Source: Chlorokybus atmophyticus
Taxonomy: Eukaryota > Plantae > Mesostigma and Chlorokybus algae
Assembly (NCBI GenBank): GCA_009103225.1
Contig: RHPI01003508.1
Span: 124,001-188,000, forward strand
Reading direction: 5' to 3'
Length of the DNA: 64,000 nucleotides
Shown here: positions 10,702 through 22,706 of the stretch, piece by piece
Position numbering within the stretch: the stretch's first letter is position 1
Layout of the letters: each line of letters opens with the position of its first letter
Made by a program: the position numbers and the translations under genes
Notes under the pieces: generated by a model
What the model saw: only the letters and a program-made list of their open reading frames with translations
What the model was told of the DNA's origin: nothing
Databases searched by the model: none

Positions 10702-12522
10702 CTACACCTCCTCTCCATCATCGCTTTGCTCGTCATCATGGAACAAAGCACCACGCGCGGGGGCCTGTGGAGGAGACGCCGGAGCTTGCTCTTCCTCCTC
10801 AAACGGTTGTGCCAGCGAATCAAATGCCGCTTCTGCCTCAGCGAGCGGGTTACGAGCTGCTGTCTCTTGCGGCGGGCGCCGAGTGGGATCTTTCAGGTAT
10901 TTGACACCAGATGCAGTGCGGCGTCTTACAAGGGTGAATGGCTTGAGGGTTGCGTATCGTTGCCTTATCTCCCGCTTTATTGACATGATCATGGTGTTGA
11001 TTTCGCTGAGGTACTCTTCATGTGTGTCGATGCTGGCAGCTAGGAGAGGGTCTCCATCCTTGCCCTTATGATGCGCTTTACCTGCGTAGTTTACAAGCAT
11101 GTCTTAGTGGCATTGAAAGCCACTATTCACTGCAACGCGTCTGCAAGCCTGTAGTTTGGGGCTACAGCACTGAATTGCTTATGATGGAGTTCAGAGTGCT
11201 CACCGTAAGCAACAGGTATGCGAGGTGGTTGACTGTCAGCTACCGGCGACCAGGTGTATTAACGGCGTAAGACCAGCATTGCACGATCATTTGCCAGATT
11301 ATGGGATTGCCCCATTCATGGATGTATCTCTTCCGCTCCGGGTCTGCATTGTCGGTCACCTCAAATCCCCGCCATGACTTGTCTGAAACAGTCATACCAA
11401 CAAGGCATTAGTCACAATGTAGATAGTTTAAGTTGAGCCTGCACTAGGCTAGAATAGTGCCTGTGACTTACTTTGCGCGTTGCGCATCTGGGCTTTTTGG
11501 GTCTCGGGGTCCATTAGGGCGTCGATGTGCCTGATTGAATCGGTTACAATAGGCGAGATGAGTACGTGTGTATGGAGGCTGAGTAAGAAGGCAGTGTTGC
11601 ATAGCAGACATGGTGGTGAGGGACCCAACTCACTTGCGCTTGTTGCTGTTAAACAGTGTCCACTTGTACTCCTTCTCAAGGACATGCTTGATCTTGGTGA
11701 CGTTCTCAGACCGGACCTGCGTAGCTTTCTTCATGGCGACACTCCAGTGGAAGGGGCACTCCTTGGGAGTCCAGTACACCTCATAGAACTTGGCCGCATC
11801 GGCCTCGTCGTCATGGTCGAAGCCAACTACCTGTCACGGGCAGGTTGGTCAGTGTCACGGTGCAGTGCGGTCATGAAGCATTCACAGCACCTGACACATG
11901 ACGTTACGAATAGTGTCCTCCTTGGGATAAACGTGGCTCTCTACCCAGTGGCCGTTTATGATTTCAACGACGGCATCTCGCAAATGCTGTCCACAGAAGA
12001 ACGATCCGTTACACACATACACACAGTGTCACAATGTCACACAGTGCTTACCTCGTTGCCAATCTTCCACTTGCTTGGGGAAGGGTTGCTGACGGCCGAG
12101 GTTGCCACGTCACGGCCAAATGCGTTTGGGTTTGGGGTTCCAATCGACCCTCTGCAAGCACAACCACATGAGTCATGCTGCCAGCCATGAAAGATGCAAC
12201 CCTCACAGTTGCAAAAGAAGAACAACGTGCACAGTGTATCCAGAACGCATGCAGTGAGTCACTGTGCTAGTCATGATAGAAGCAAGCATCCAAGTTAGAA
12301 GTTGAGCAAGAAGCAACGTGCACAGTGCATCAAGAACGCATGCAGTCTAGCTTGCCCTTGCGACTGCGGTGTCAGGTGGAGTTGTTGTGATGTGCTGGGC
12401 GTTAGCGCGGGGTCTTGCTGCGATTGGTTGGCGACGGTTGCCTGGTTGAACACTGGGGGCAATGTGGACAACTGGCGCCGACCTCCACGACGAGGTGCAC
12501 TTACGGATGGACCACGAGGCAT
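10702..12522 (-). pseudogene. Plavaka cargo gene P1: spliced, unknown function, at least one in-frame stop
   Basis: Exons read MPRGPSVSAPRRGG..., GSFFCGQHLRDAVVEIINGHWVESHVYPKEDTIRNVMCQ, VVGFDHDDEADAAKFYEVYWTPKECPFHW..., KRYIHEWGNPIIWQMIVQCW and ...EEYLSEINTMIMSIKREIRQRY, with GT/GC-AG boundaries; no family recognised. Confidence 0.55.
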
Positions 12523-12928
12523 CTCTCCAAATGATAGTCGGGTGCCGCCTGTTTAGCTGTAAGTGGCGCTGCCGCCTCGAACGCTGCCGCCGCCGGTTGG
12601 CCCGCCCGAATGTATGAGGCGCGAAAACGAAAATGAGGCGGTTTTGAACGTCTAGAGTCCCGCACTAGAGTCGCACTTGTAGTGCGTCCTTGCTCCTATG
12701 GTTGATGGTACGACTTATGCATTCGTGCCATGCATGCTTCGTACAACCATTGTTACCAATGGTTGTGTCGTAACATTTATGGTACGACAGAGGCATCTCT
12801 CGTCCAACCCCAGCGATTGCCGTACAATGGCTCTGTCGTACCATCCATGGTACGACAGAGGCATTGCTCGATCAGCCCAAATGGGAGTTAGCATGCACTC
12901 ACCCAAACACGCTTCATTGATGGCCGGA

Positions 12929-15900
12929 TGATGGCACGCAGGGGCACCAGGTCGATGACGGGTCGAATGTCAGGCTTGATGGGCCTGGGTTCGACTAGGA
13001 GGCGGAGGACCAGGAGTCGGAGGAGGCGGCGGCGGCGGCGGCGGCGTGGCACATCTTGCGAGAAGTTGTGGTCGTAAGAGTTCAAGCAGCGAAGCCAGCT
13101 ACTACCGGTCGCCACGTCATGGATCATGGCAGGCGTCAGCAATGGGGCTGTCCAACATGCATCACCAACATTGGACAAACCAGCAGGCAAGCCATTAAAG
13201 ACCATCTTCACACAGAGAGCTGCTTGGTGGCTCGCTTTCTGCAACAGGGAGTGGATCATGAGCTGCAGTCCTTGGAGCCCCTTGTCAAAACCATGCGGGA
13301 CCAATTGCGGCTGTGGGAACAAGCACAAAGGAATGCAGAGGTACACTCAACAGTCACATGCATTTCCTTGCAAGAGCAATTTGTTTTTTAGCGCAGTCCA
13401 TGTGATATATGTAGCGTGGCTGCAGGCCTCCACTATTCACCCATACCCACCCTACAGTCAAGCCGACATTGCGGAAGCAAGAGCAGATAGACAGAGCTGG
13501 GCGGCGGTATGTTGTTGCCAATCTCGCTGTGCATGTTGACTGCAATGTCGGCTCCAATGCATGCCTACCTTTGCATGCTAGGATGTGCGTGAGCGTGCGA
13601 AGTCGCGCGCGCGTGCCGAACGAAGTAGGCTGGGTTTGAGCACAGGAGCGCGTGGCCATTCGTCCGGCATTCAACCAATAGTGCATCAACCAGCAATGAC
13701 GCAGTCCATGCAATCATTCGTGCATCAACCAGCAATGCCGCAGGTGACTGTTCGAAGCAACCAACTGATGACGGTGTGACGCAGTTGACTATTGCAATTG
13801 CAGTGTCGCAAGCATGCAGCTAACCCACATGTGATTGGTTGACAGCACCACAGTGCACTAAGTCCTGTTGGAGCTCCTATGCAAGCCTGGATTCAATCCC
13901 ATCAACTGGTCCTTCAATCCCACTTGCTGATGGGGGCGGCGGCAATGCGCATCAGTTTAACATGCATGTTGGCCTGTTGAATCCCGACATGTCCATTGGG
14001 GCAGTGGCGCATGATGTGCCCATGGCTCAAGAGCTCCGTGACGAGTCTGCCATTGAGGGTGGCGGGGAGAGTGCAGCCAATACCACCTTGTCAGCCCCCA
14101 TGGCTTCCCCTGCTCCATGCAGCCCACGGGCCATTGAGGTAAGTCGCTGTCTTTTATGCTCGTGCTTTGGTAACAATGCGTCAGGCACTGCATAAGCTTA
14201 TATTCGTCCTTTGCAACATTGTGAGCCATCTTATCCTGGGTCCTGTATACAGCCCCCCTTGCTGCATGCACAAGTGGTCTCACCTGCAGCTCCTGCTCCC
14301 CTCCCAGCCAGAGCGCAACCACCTTCCGCGGCACCAGTCCTTCGTGCACTGCCATCTCCTCCACGAGCAGCACCGGTGATTGCCGAGCAACAGTCCTTCT
14401 TGCCGCCACCGGCGAGACCACAGCACAATGCAACAACCGATGTGGCTTTTGCACCTACCTTACCCCACCCGCTGCAAGTTGAAGCCGGCAGTCTGCCCCA
14501 AACTCAGGTACTGTATCAGTCACTGTGACTCTTGCCGTCCACAGTTGGACGCACCATTTGAGTGTTGTATGCGCATGCAGCAAGGGTCACCACCTGCCAG
14601 CGAGTCATCAGAAAAGCTGGCCGCAACCCGCATACGGCCATCAGTTATGCTAGGTGGCCAGCTCGCCTCATGGGACCACTTCAATGCGCCAATGGTTGGT
14701 AATTGCTTCTACCATTGTGTATTTCGCGCCAGGCCATCCATAGCGCAAAGTGTCCTGGATGATCATAAGTGCCCCAGCTCGAGCAGATTTTGGGCCATGC
14801 TGGACACCATGGACGACGACGGCAGGGGGGACACTCTTCGCAAAATCACCGCCAAGGGTGTCGATGCAGGCGTGGCAAGCAGAATCCTAGACATCTGTAG
14901 AGCCACTGGTGCCGCGGGAGAGATGGCGCAGGATTACGACAAACTGCCTGCGACCATGTTGGCTGATGTCAATTGCAACGTTGACATAGCCTTGGCCAAG
15001 GTGCAACATATCGTGCGGAGAAAAGATGTGTACGTCGAGCACCTGCAGATGATCATGTTTGCCAATAAGCCGGGCTCGTTGATTGGCTGCGTGACCGTTC
15101 AGCGCGAGCATGAGGAGTGGGTGCCACGGCCCGGCAGCGCAGTTTGGGTTGGAAATAACAAAGTCCCCAACTCAGTCCTGGTGGTGGGCACTGCTCCTGA
15201 TGAGCCAAAAGCACACTTTTGGCTCCTCAAGCCTGCAAGCACCGAACAGTGGTCGTGGCCTATGCATGAAGTGCCACCGGAGGTAATAGGCCTGATCGGA
15301 GAGTGGCGGAATAGCGTTGCCAATTCCCCGCTACCACCGGCTGTGACCCAAAGTGCTGCGCCAACGCCTCAGGCCTCGCCTTCGTGTGCTAGGCAAAAAG
15401 TAGCCGAATATTCTGCACATCCTGCCTCCCCTCAACCACAGCCACATGCTCGCAATAAGGATTCAGCACCTTCCCTTCCTGTTGCGGAGACTCACTTGCC
15501 ACCGCACTCCAACCATTCGGAGGCATCTCCATTAAGAAGCAGCTGTAGCTCGCCCTCTCCCTCTAAGCTTGCCACATTGATCCCAACCTGTCTTGTTGGT
15601 AAAGAGATTGATCGAGGTGTCCTGAAAGCTGCGCTGGAAGACAAAGGCTTCATGCACGACCTCACGAAGCAACATGAGGTCGTGGAGGAACGGGAGGCAA
15701 CCAACAAGCGCAAGGTTGTGAAGCAAAAAGATAACGCCTTACCTCCTCTGAGTGACAGTGCCACGGAGAGCGCCTGCCAGGATGTGCAGGTTGACAAAAA
15801 AAAGAAGAAGGTTGTTGGAACAAAGGACGCTGATAGGACCAAAAAAGGAAAGGTGAGGCATTGTTACAACGTTAGAAGCACAGCGCCTTGAAGCCTCACT

Positions 15901-16920
15901 GGGGCTGACTGTGTGTCTTGAGTAGGCACAGGCGGGTTTACAGCGTCAAGTGGCTGCTCAGCATCGTCCAGAGAGACATCCGGTGCGGCACGAGCTGCCT
16001 AAGCTCAAAGCACCGACGCGCAGACGCTTTCAGGCGCTGACTCGTAGTGCAAAGGAGTTGATCGCCCTATAATACGCCCAAGACGCACTGCATCACCGCA
16101 TGCGGCATGCCTCGAGGTGGGTGACGAAAGTATGCAATAAGTAGGAGCAAACGCGGAGAGTGCGGTCTAAACAGACCTCTGGGGATTGGACGTAGTTAGA
16201 ACCCATACACGATATGGCCATCCGTAGTACGTTGTTGCCCCTCACCGTCCTCGATATGATGGTGTTGTTGCTGCCGCAGCAACCCGGCAATGTGCAACGC
16301 AATCCGCGGAGTAGAACTTCGACCTGCTGCAGCAGATGTACCTCGATGTCGACTGATGCGGGTCGAGATGTGTACCACTACCTGAGCAAACATACTGGGT
16401 GGCAAGTAAAACTATGCGAGCTGTACTTGGCATGCTTTGGCTGGCAGTGGCTGTATGTCATACGGCATGTCGAGCTGATTCCGTAAAAGCTCGAAGAAAA
16501 TGGCGATGCGGGGGAGTACACGAGTGACGACAGCCATGTCGAGGGCCTAGATAAACGCATGCTGGACGAGACCACCAAGACCAGCAGGTGGTGTATGGCG
16601 GCAGATGGGCGTCAGGTGATTGAGCAGGCAGTGGAGCGTTATGCTGCGCCATTGAGATGGGAGTCGCTACGCCTGCAACGCGATAACAGAGTTTGGTGGC
16701 AGAGGCAGCTTGCACACCCGCGTGCACCATGTGTGCTGATTTGTCGCATTGAAGAGCCCCCCCCCCCCCCCCACGGATGGGGAGACGCCCTGTTGCAAGA
16801 AAGCGATGTGCCATGTCTGCATCATAGCACATCAGAATACCGTGGCAANATAAATCAAAGAATCTGCAAATGTGTCCCTTCTGCAAGCAACCTCACCCGT
16901 TTTGCTTGCCACGCCTGATG
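12929..16920 (+). pseudogene. Plavaka cargo gene P2: spliced, zinc-finger-like N-terminus and OTU-like cysteine protease domain, degenerate 3' part
   Basis: WGCPTC...KDHLHTESC near 13145-13230; APMVGNCFYHCVFRARP (~14690) and KAHFWLL (~15210) resemble OTU Cys and His boxes; downstream frame has several TAA/TAG. Confidence 0.45.
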
Positions 16921-17489
16921 CAAGACGCCAACGTGTCGGCGGTAATTTGGCCCCCGCCTTGATGACAATTGTGCATGTATTGTAGTTTGTGTTGGCTTCC
17001 TGTGAACCATGTAGGTACATGTATAGTTGCAGCATGGTGCATGGTGCACCCGAGATTTGCTGTTGTCAGAAGCATTGGCTGTACATGTGTATGATGACTG
17101 CCCGGCGCATGAGTCAGTGCATGGCTTGCATACCTCGCTGGTTCAGAGCGTGGTTGATTGCAACAGACTCGAACAGCGCTCTGGGTTCCATGGAATGACA
17201 GCACAATATTACTCTACGATTGTGGTAGTATGCGAGTATCCTTGTACTGTAGTACCATTAACAGATGGAGTACCATGCATGTTGATGTAGTACCATGCAT
17301 GGGTTTATAATAGTGTCTATGGTACAATTGTGCTTCACTTGAAGTTTGACCCATTTAGGGTTCGTAAGCTCGCAACCCTAAATTGATGCCCATACCCTAA
17401 AGTCTCGCTCAGTTTGTGGGCAGCCGTGCCGATTCCTATTTTGCATGATGTCGGCGGCAGCAGTTGAATCCCCCTCACCTAAAAGACCA

Positions 17490-19201
17490 TGCTTGGTGTG
17501 CCCACAATGCAATGCGTACGTATGTGCCAATGGCCGTGGGCAGTAAATGCGAGCACACTTGACTGAATGCCAGCGAGTGCAGACAGTGTGCCACGTTTTT
17601 AGTGCTGCTTGCTAGCATCACACCACACACACTGTCGACGTGTTTGGCTGCCGCCTCGGCCAAGTGCTGTGCAAGGAACCCGAGTTTTTCCATTGCGTGC
17701 AGTGCGTGTGCGAATCGTGCTCGCGCTCATGCTTCGAGTGGCGGGGAACCCATGCGCTTCTTCACATAAACAACACCAGAGACATGTGGTTAGTGGACAG
17801 GTGGTGGATGCTATGGAGGTAATTCTGCATAGTGGACCGCAACGTATCACTGCTGTTATGTTATGTTGGACGTATGCTTAATTCATGCATGTTGAAGCTG
17901 TTGTCGCATTTAGAGCAGTCTTCCACGGTGTGGGCGTGGGCAGTTCCATCCCCTAGCCGTTGTAGAGGAGGCAGACCATCGACCGTTTGACAGCGCACTG
18001 CATCGGCTGCGGAACGCAGTTAAGTTGGGATGCGAGCAGCTGATCGGTGTGAGTGTCATGGTGCATTGGCCGCTGGATGGGGAATGGTATGCGGGCGTTG
18101 TAGAATCATTTAAGCAAACGTCAGGTCAGTATCGCTTCGTGGCGTGCGAGATTGAGGTCGCATCATATATGCATGGTGCAATGGAAAATGTCTTTGCAGG
18201 GCAGCACTGTGTTGTATTTGATGATGGTGATCGACCACAAACCGTCAACTTCAAAGGGCACAACAGCAAATATTTGCGTACACATCATCGCTGACGGGGC
18301 ACGCCATGTTCTGCGTGCCGGAGGGGAGAACGTCAGTCGCAAAGTAAGCCCGGACGGCATCATTATTAGTCCCTGGCCAGCACCACGGCCAGCCTTGACC
18401 ACATACACGCCATTTGACAACAAGCCTGGACGCACACGCAGACCAAGGGCACTCGACCTATTATGCGGCAGCGGCGGTGCCAGTGTCGGTCTATACCACG
18501 CAGGCTTTGGCGTGACCAGGATGGACATAAGTCCCTCCTCTGATTACCCGCTGCCCTTCATACACCGCGATGTATGCACCCTGAGTGCAGGAGAGCTGAG
18601 CGAGTACGAGCTCATCTGGGCCAGTCCACCATGCAAGGCCTATTCAGGTGCTATCCCGGCACCTCAACGGGCAGCACATGGCACATCCTGGAGACACCAG
18701 GATATGATATCGCTCGTCCGACGTCCGCTGCTTGCAAGCCAAGTCAACTTTGTGATTAAGAATGTGCCAGGAGCAGCTTCCTCAATCAGACCCAATCTGT
18801 CCCTTTGTGGCACGATGTTTGGCCTATTAACTTTCCGACACCGTCTATTTGAGACACAGCCAGTGGTAGCTACCCCACCAGCACGCTGCTCGCACGCGGG
18901 CAAGGCAGTTGGACTGCTATCGCCGCACCTGTCCGCTAGCGCAAAGAAGGCAATCGTGACATCAAACGCGCCACAGTAAATGTACCCGGTGTATGGCCTT
19001 CCAAGCACCAGGGGCGGCATTGCTGCGTGGCAAACAGCGCTGGGAGTGCCATTGATGACCTCGGCCGTTACCATAGTGAATGCAGTTCCTTCTGCAATGG
19101 CGGAGTGCATAGGGCGTCTCATGCTTGAAACAATGGACATGCGCTGTAAGTACCTCATGTGTCATAGAACTATGAGGCTTGAGTGTGGTGCACTGTATTG
19201 A
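17490..19201 (+). pseudogene. Plavaka cargo gene P3: zinc-finger-like + Tudor + phage-type C5 DNA methyltransferase
   Basis: CLVCPQCNAYVC...HLTEC (~17490). Tudor LIGVSVMVHWPLDGEWYAGVVESFKQTSG|QHCVVFDDGD with a 75-bp intron (18125-18199). After a 1-nt frameshift come C5-MTase motifs: I (ALDLLCGSGG), IV (IWASPPCKAYS), VI (VIKNVPG), LCGTMFGL.T.RHRLFE and X (NAVPSAMAECIG). One internal TAA at 18977-18979. Confidence 0.85.
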
Positions 19202-19204
19202 TGC

Positions 19205-22200
19205 TTAATGCCACACGGCGGACTGATTGTTAAATGTTGCACGGCACATTCGATTGTGGTGATAGTTGTGCAATGACAGCTGCCCTGTATTGTACACGTC
19301 CACATGCAAAAGTTTTAGCATACGATTAGCAATGCCTAACTGACTGATATGCTCCAAACTCAGAGTAGTGAGACAAGTACATGTGTCACGTGGAAGTGCA
19401 GTGAACATTCATCCAATACTTGCCCTCTTGTACACGGGCGCTGTCCTTGTTAAACATGGGGAGCAGCTGGACAATGCCTTTAACTTGCTCCAGAGTCACG
19501 ACATCGAGATGTGGACCCCCTCGACGCTTTTCCCATTCCAGAGCGATGCACTTTGTGTCACATCCAGCTTCATGTATCAGCGGACAAGCACGACCTCCTT
19601 CCACACGTGCTTCACACGTGACAGGGAGCTTGTCGGCGAATGGAGTCTTCAGGGCGACTTGGCGGCTACGCGCAGATTCGCTCCAGTACGGGCTGGACTT
19701 TCTCCTTGTCAGCACATCCATCCGTAGCAACTTGTCCGTCTTCTCCATTACATTACAGCACTGCTGCCGCGCCTGCGCCATGAGCGAGCGCATCTCGGAA
19801 TCCACGACCATGCCATCCTCTCTCACATATTCCGCACAGCTCAATGCCTTCAGGATACGTGCCTGGTAGTCCCAGTTGTTGCCACCACGCGCCCACCGTT
19901 TGACATTTTGGGCGTGCGTCTGCTCCATGCGGTTGGCGCTGAACCAATTCGGGTGTTCACTGCTGACAATTGCCGGCCCAAAATGAGTGAGTTGATGCAT
20001 CTTCTCGATCTTCCAACCTGACTTCTGTGCAGAATATGACGACAGTAGTGGATGCAACAGCTTTGAAGGCAGCCAGCTCGTTGTCGGCTGTGGTCAGGGT
20101 CTCTCTTGTGTGTTCATGCGCCTTGAGCAACTTCTTGTTCCACTGGGCAAGCGATGCGGCAGCAATGGTGAAGAAAACGTTGCCCTCACTATCGAGTAGC
20201 AAACCGTCTGCAAGAACCGGCAGCAGCTGCAGCCGCCACTTTCTCCACCACCTGAAAGGAGTGGTTGAACAGGAAGAAATCTACTGTGCTTGTGGGTGCC
20301 TTGAAGTGCGAAACCCGTAGAGTCGCCTTGCATGCATTTAGCATGTGCACAGCTGCTTGTGAGCACGTGTCGTTGGCTTTTGTGTTCAACACAAAAGCAA
20401 CACCAAAGACGTGCATGGCCTGTAGAATCTGTCTCGTGGATGGACGCAGTCGTTCCTTTGCAGCGTCGTACACAGCAGCAAGCAGGTGGTCAATGATGCC
20501 TCCCAGCACATGCATTGCGTTAGGGGGCAAGACGAGAGTAGCAGTCAGCTTCCGGCACCCACGACTTTCGCCAACTCCACAGTGCATTCTGTTGCCAAAC
20601 CACATTGCCTGGTTTTATGGAAAGCCGTTCATCCTCACGAATGCCGGTAATTTGACCATCACCTCCTCGACATGCATGGAGTGCTGCTCGTTGAAAGTCT
20701 TGGCTGTCTGGCGTGCATTTCTAACACCGCTATGCAGGTCCGCCCGCAGCTGACGTATTGCTGGTGTGTAGAAGGCCTCGGTTCTCAATTCTCGGTCCTC
20801 ATTCATCTCCAACAGATCTGATTTGGTGACGAGACAAACAGCGCAAGGATATCGTATTTGGTTGCCGAACACAATGCGTGCGAGTGTGGCAGTCTCCGAC
20901 AACACGACAAACTCAGATGCTCTACTAACAACATCCTCCATGCACTGTTTGCTGGCAGGCTGCATCCGGTTACAACCATGCATGCCCACTACCTGCAAGT
21001 CGCTGATGTAGTTGGCAAGCGCGGGAAACACACGATGCTCGATGCCATTCGGGTCGATGAGCTGCAGACCTTCCCAACTCGCCCGCTTCACATCCCCTAA
21101 CACTACATTCAAAGCGTCATCAAAAATCTCACGTTTTCGAATGGAGAACGATTCCTTGCCCTGCGCCCAGGTGGGATGCCCGGCCACTGCGTGAACCATC
21201 GGCAGAAGCGCTATCATAACAACCCCCATGTTGCTAGCATACATGTCCCAACTGTAGTTGGCAAGCGATGCCATCAGAGGGTAGCCAGAGCGCTTGCCCG
21301 CGCTGTCCAGCGTGGTCTTGTCACTGTATAGAATGGCAGGCGCCAAGTAGGACGCTTCCCCCACCTCTCTCCTTAAATCCACCTCCACATCCTTCCACCA
21401 ATCGCCCGTGGAAGGATGGCCAAAGCTGTGCTCGTCACCACTGTACTGGAGATTGAAGCCATTGGCGGCATGTGGATTGCCATACAACCGCGCGAGCCAT
21501 ACCTGCTCCAACCAAGAGCATTAACAGGCATGCTGGCCTCAGAATAGGTACTGCATTAGGTACTGCATTTCACAGACCTTGGCCGGCATATATGTGACGC
21601 TGATGTCCTGATCCTCAGGGTCTCCAGGCTTGCTCAGGTCAGCCGTCACATAGTTCTGATAAGGCAGCACACTCGCATGTGCATATGTGACATGGGTCTG
21701 ATGGTCGAAGCACATGCACCGCACACCGTGAACACACCTCAGATCGAGAGAAAGCAATTGTGGTCCGGAGGTAGCTGGCCACATGCACACCGGTCTCCCA
21801 CTTGAGCTCTTCTGTCAGGAAGTGTGCATTTTGGATGCACTTGATGATCCGCCCCATGTCAGAGGCCGACAGGCCTTAGCCGTTGTCGCACTGCACGAAT
21901 GCCACTGCAAGAGCATGCTCCGAGCCATACCACTTGGATTCCGACGCGTGCGAAGGGACGCCTCCACTTCCATGTTGGCGTGCCACAGGTTTCTCAAGCA
22001 CACGCACACATCGAAAGCCCTCGTTCACTTCCTCCTCCTCCTGTTGCTGCTGTGCGTGTGTCTCTTGGAGGAATTCTTCAACATCAAGCATGTGCGCATC
22101 CTGGATCGAACTCACCGGTTTAACATGACCTGCATCGTATTATAATGGACGCTGGCCGACATACAGCTTGATTTGCTTGCACACCCTGCTGCTAATAATG

Positions 22201-22390
22201 TGTATGTAGACCGAGCTGCGTGTGGCGAAGCGCATGTGGCAATAAGGATAAAGGACTCCCATATCTCACTACTAACGTCGACACAGGTGTCGCCAATGTA
22301 ACCTGCATCGAATCCAGCAACACGCACACCCGCCGCCGCCGTCGCCGCCACCGCCACCGCCACCGCCACCGCTACCCTTGCATGCCAGAG
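19205..22390 (-). CDS. Plavaka transposase, spliced, probably degenerate
   Basis: HPSTGDWW...APAILYSDKTTLD...GYPLMASLAN...IFDDALNVVL...EGLQLIDPNGIEHRVFPALANYISDL...YPCAVCLV; C-terminal KIEKMHQLTHFGPAI...FSANRMEQTH; N-terminal (C)PYCHMRF...IHI...C zinc finger with an apparent stop nearby. Confidence 0.9.
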
Positions 22391-22706
22391 GCGGGAAACT
22401 TGGCCGCCATTCACTGGCTCCGTCGTACCATTATTATGGTACGATTGAGCCATTGCACGTCCAGGGTGAGTCTCTGCATATATATCCTAATTCAACCGTT
22501 TCAATGGTACGAAGATGCCTTTGTACAAAGGTACCATTGAAATGGTACCTTTGTACAGTGGCAATGGCAGTTCGTACCATTGACATGTGCTGTGCCTGCG
22601 CATGAAAACACCATTGATATCTCCGCCAAGCTATGCCCTTCCAAGGGCGTGATGCCGAGGGTATGTGGCGTTTGGTGGATTGTTGGCGGCGTTGGCAGGG
22701 GCGTAG

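Noticed and set aside
12217-12347. ~40-bp direct repeat pair (also short GTGCATCAACCAGCAATG repeats at 13680-13740)
   Set aside because: Small local duplications in probable introns, with no TG...CA ends, TSD or other sign of function.
15900-16920. Possible TET/JBP dioxygenase cargo, as in fungal Plavaka elements
   Set aside because: No HxD...H...R 2OG-Fe(II) motif seen; the frame is stop-ridden and unassignable.
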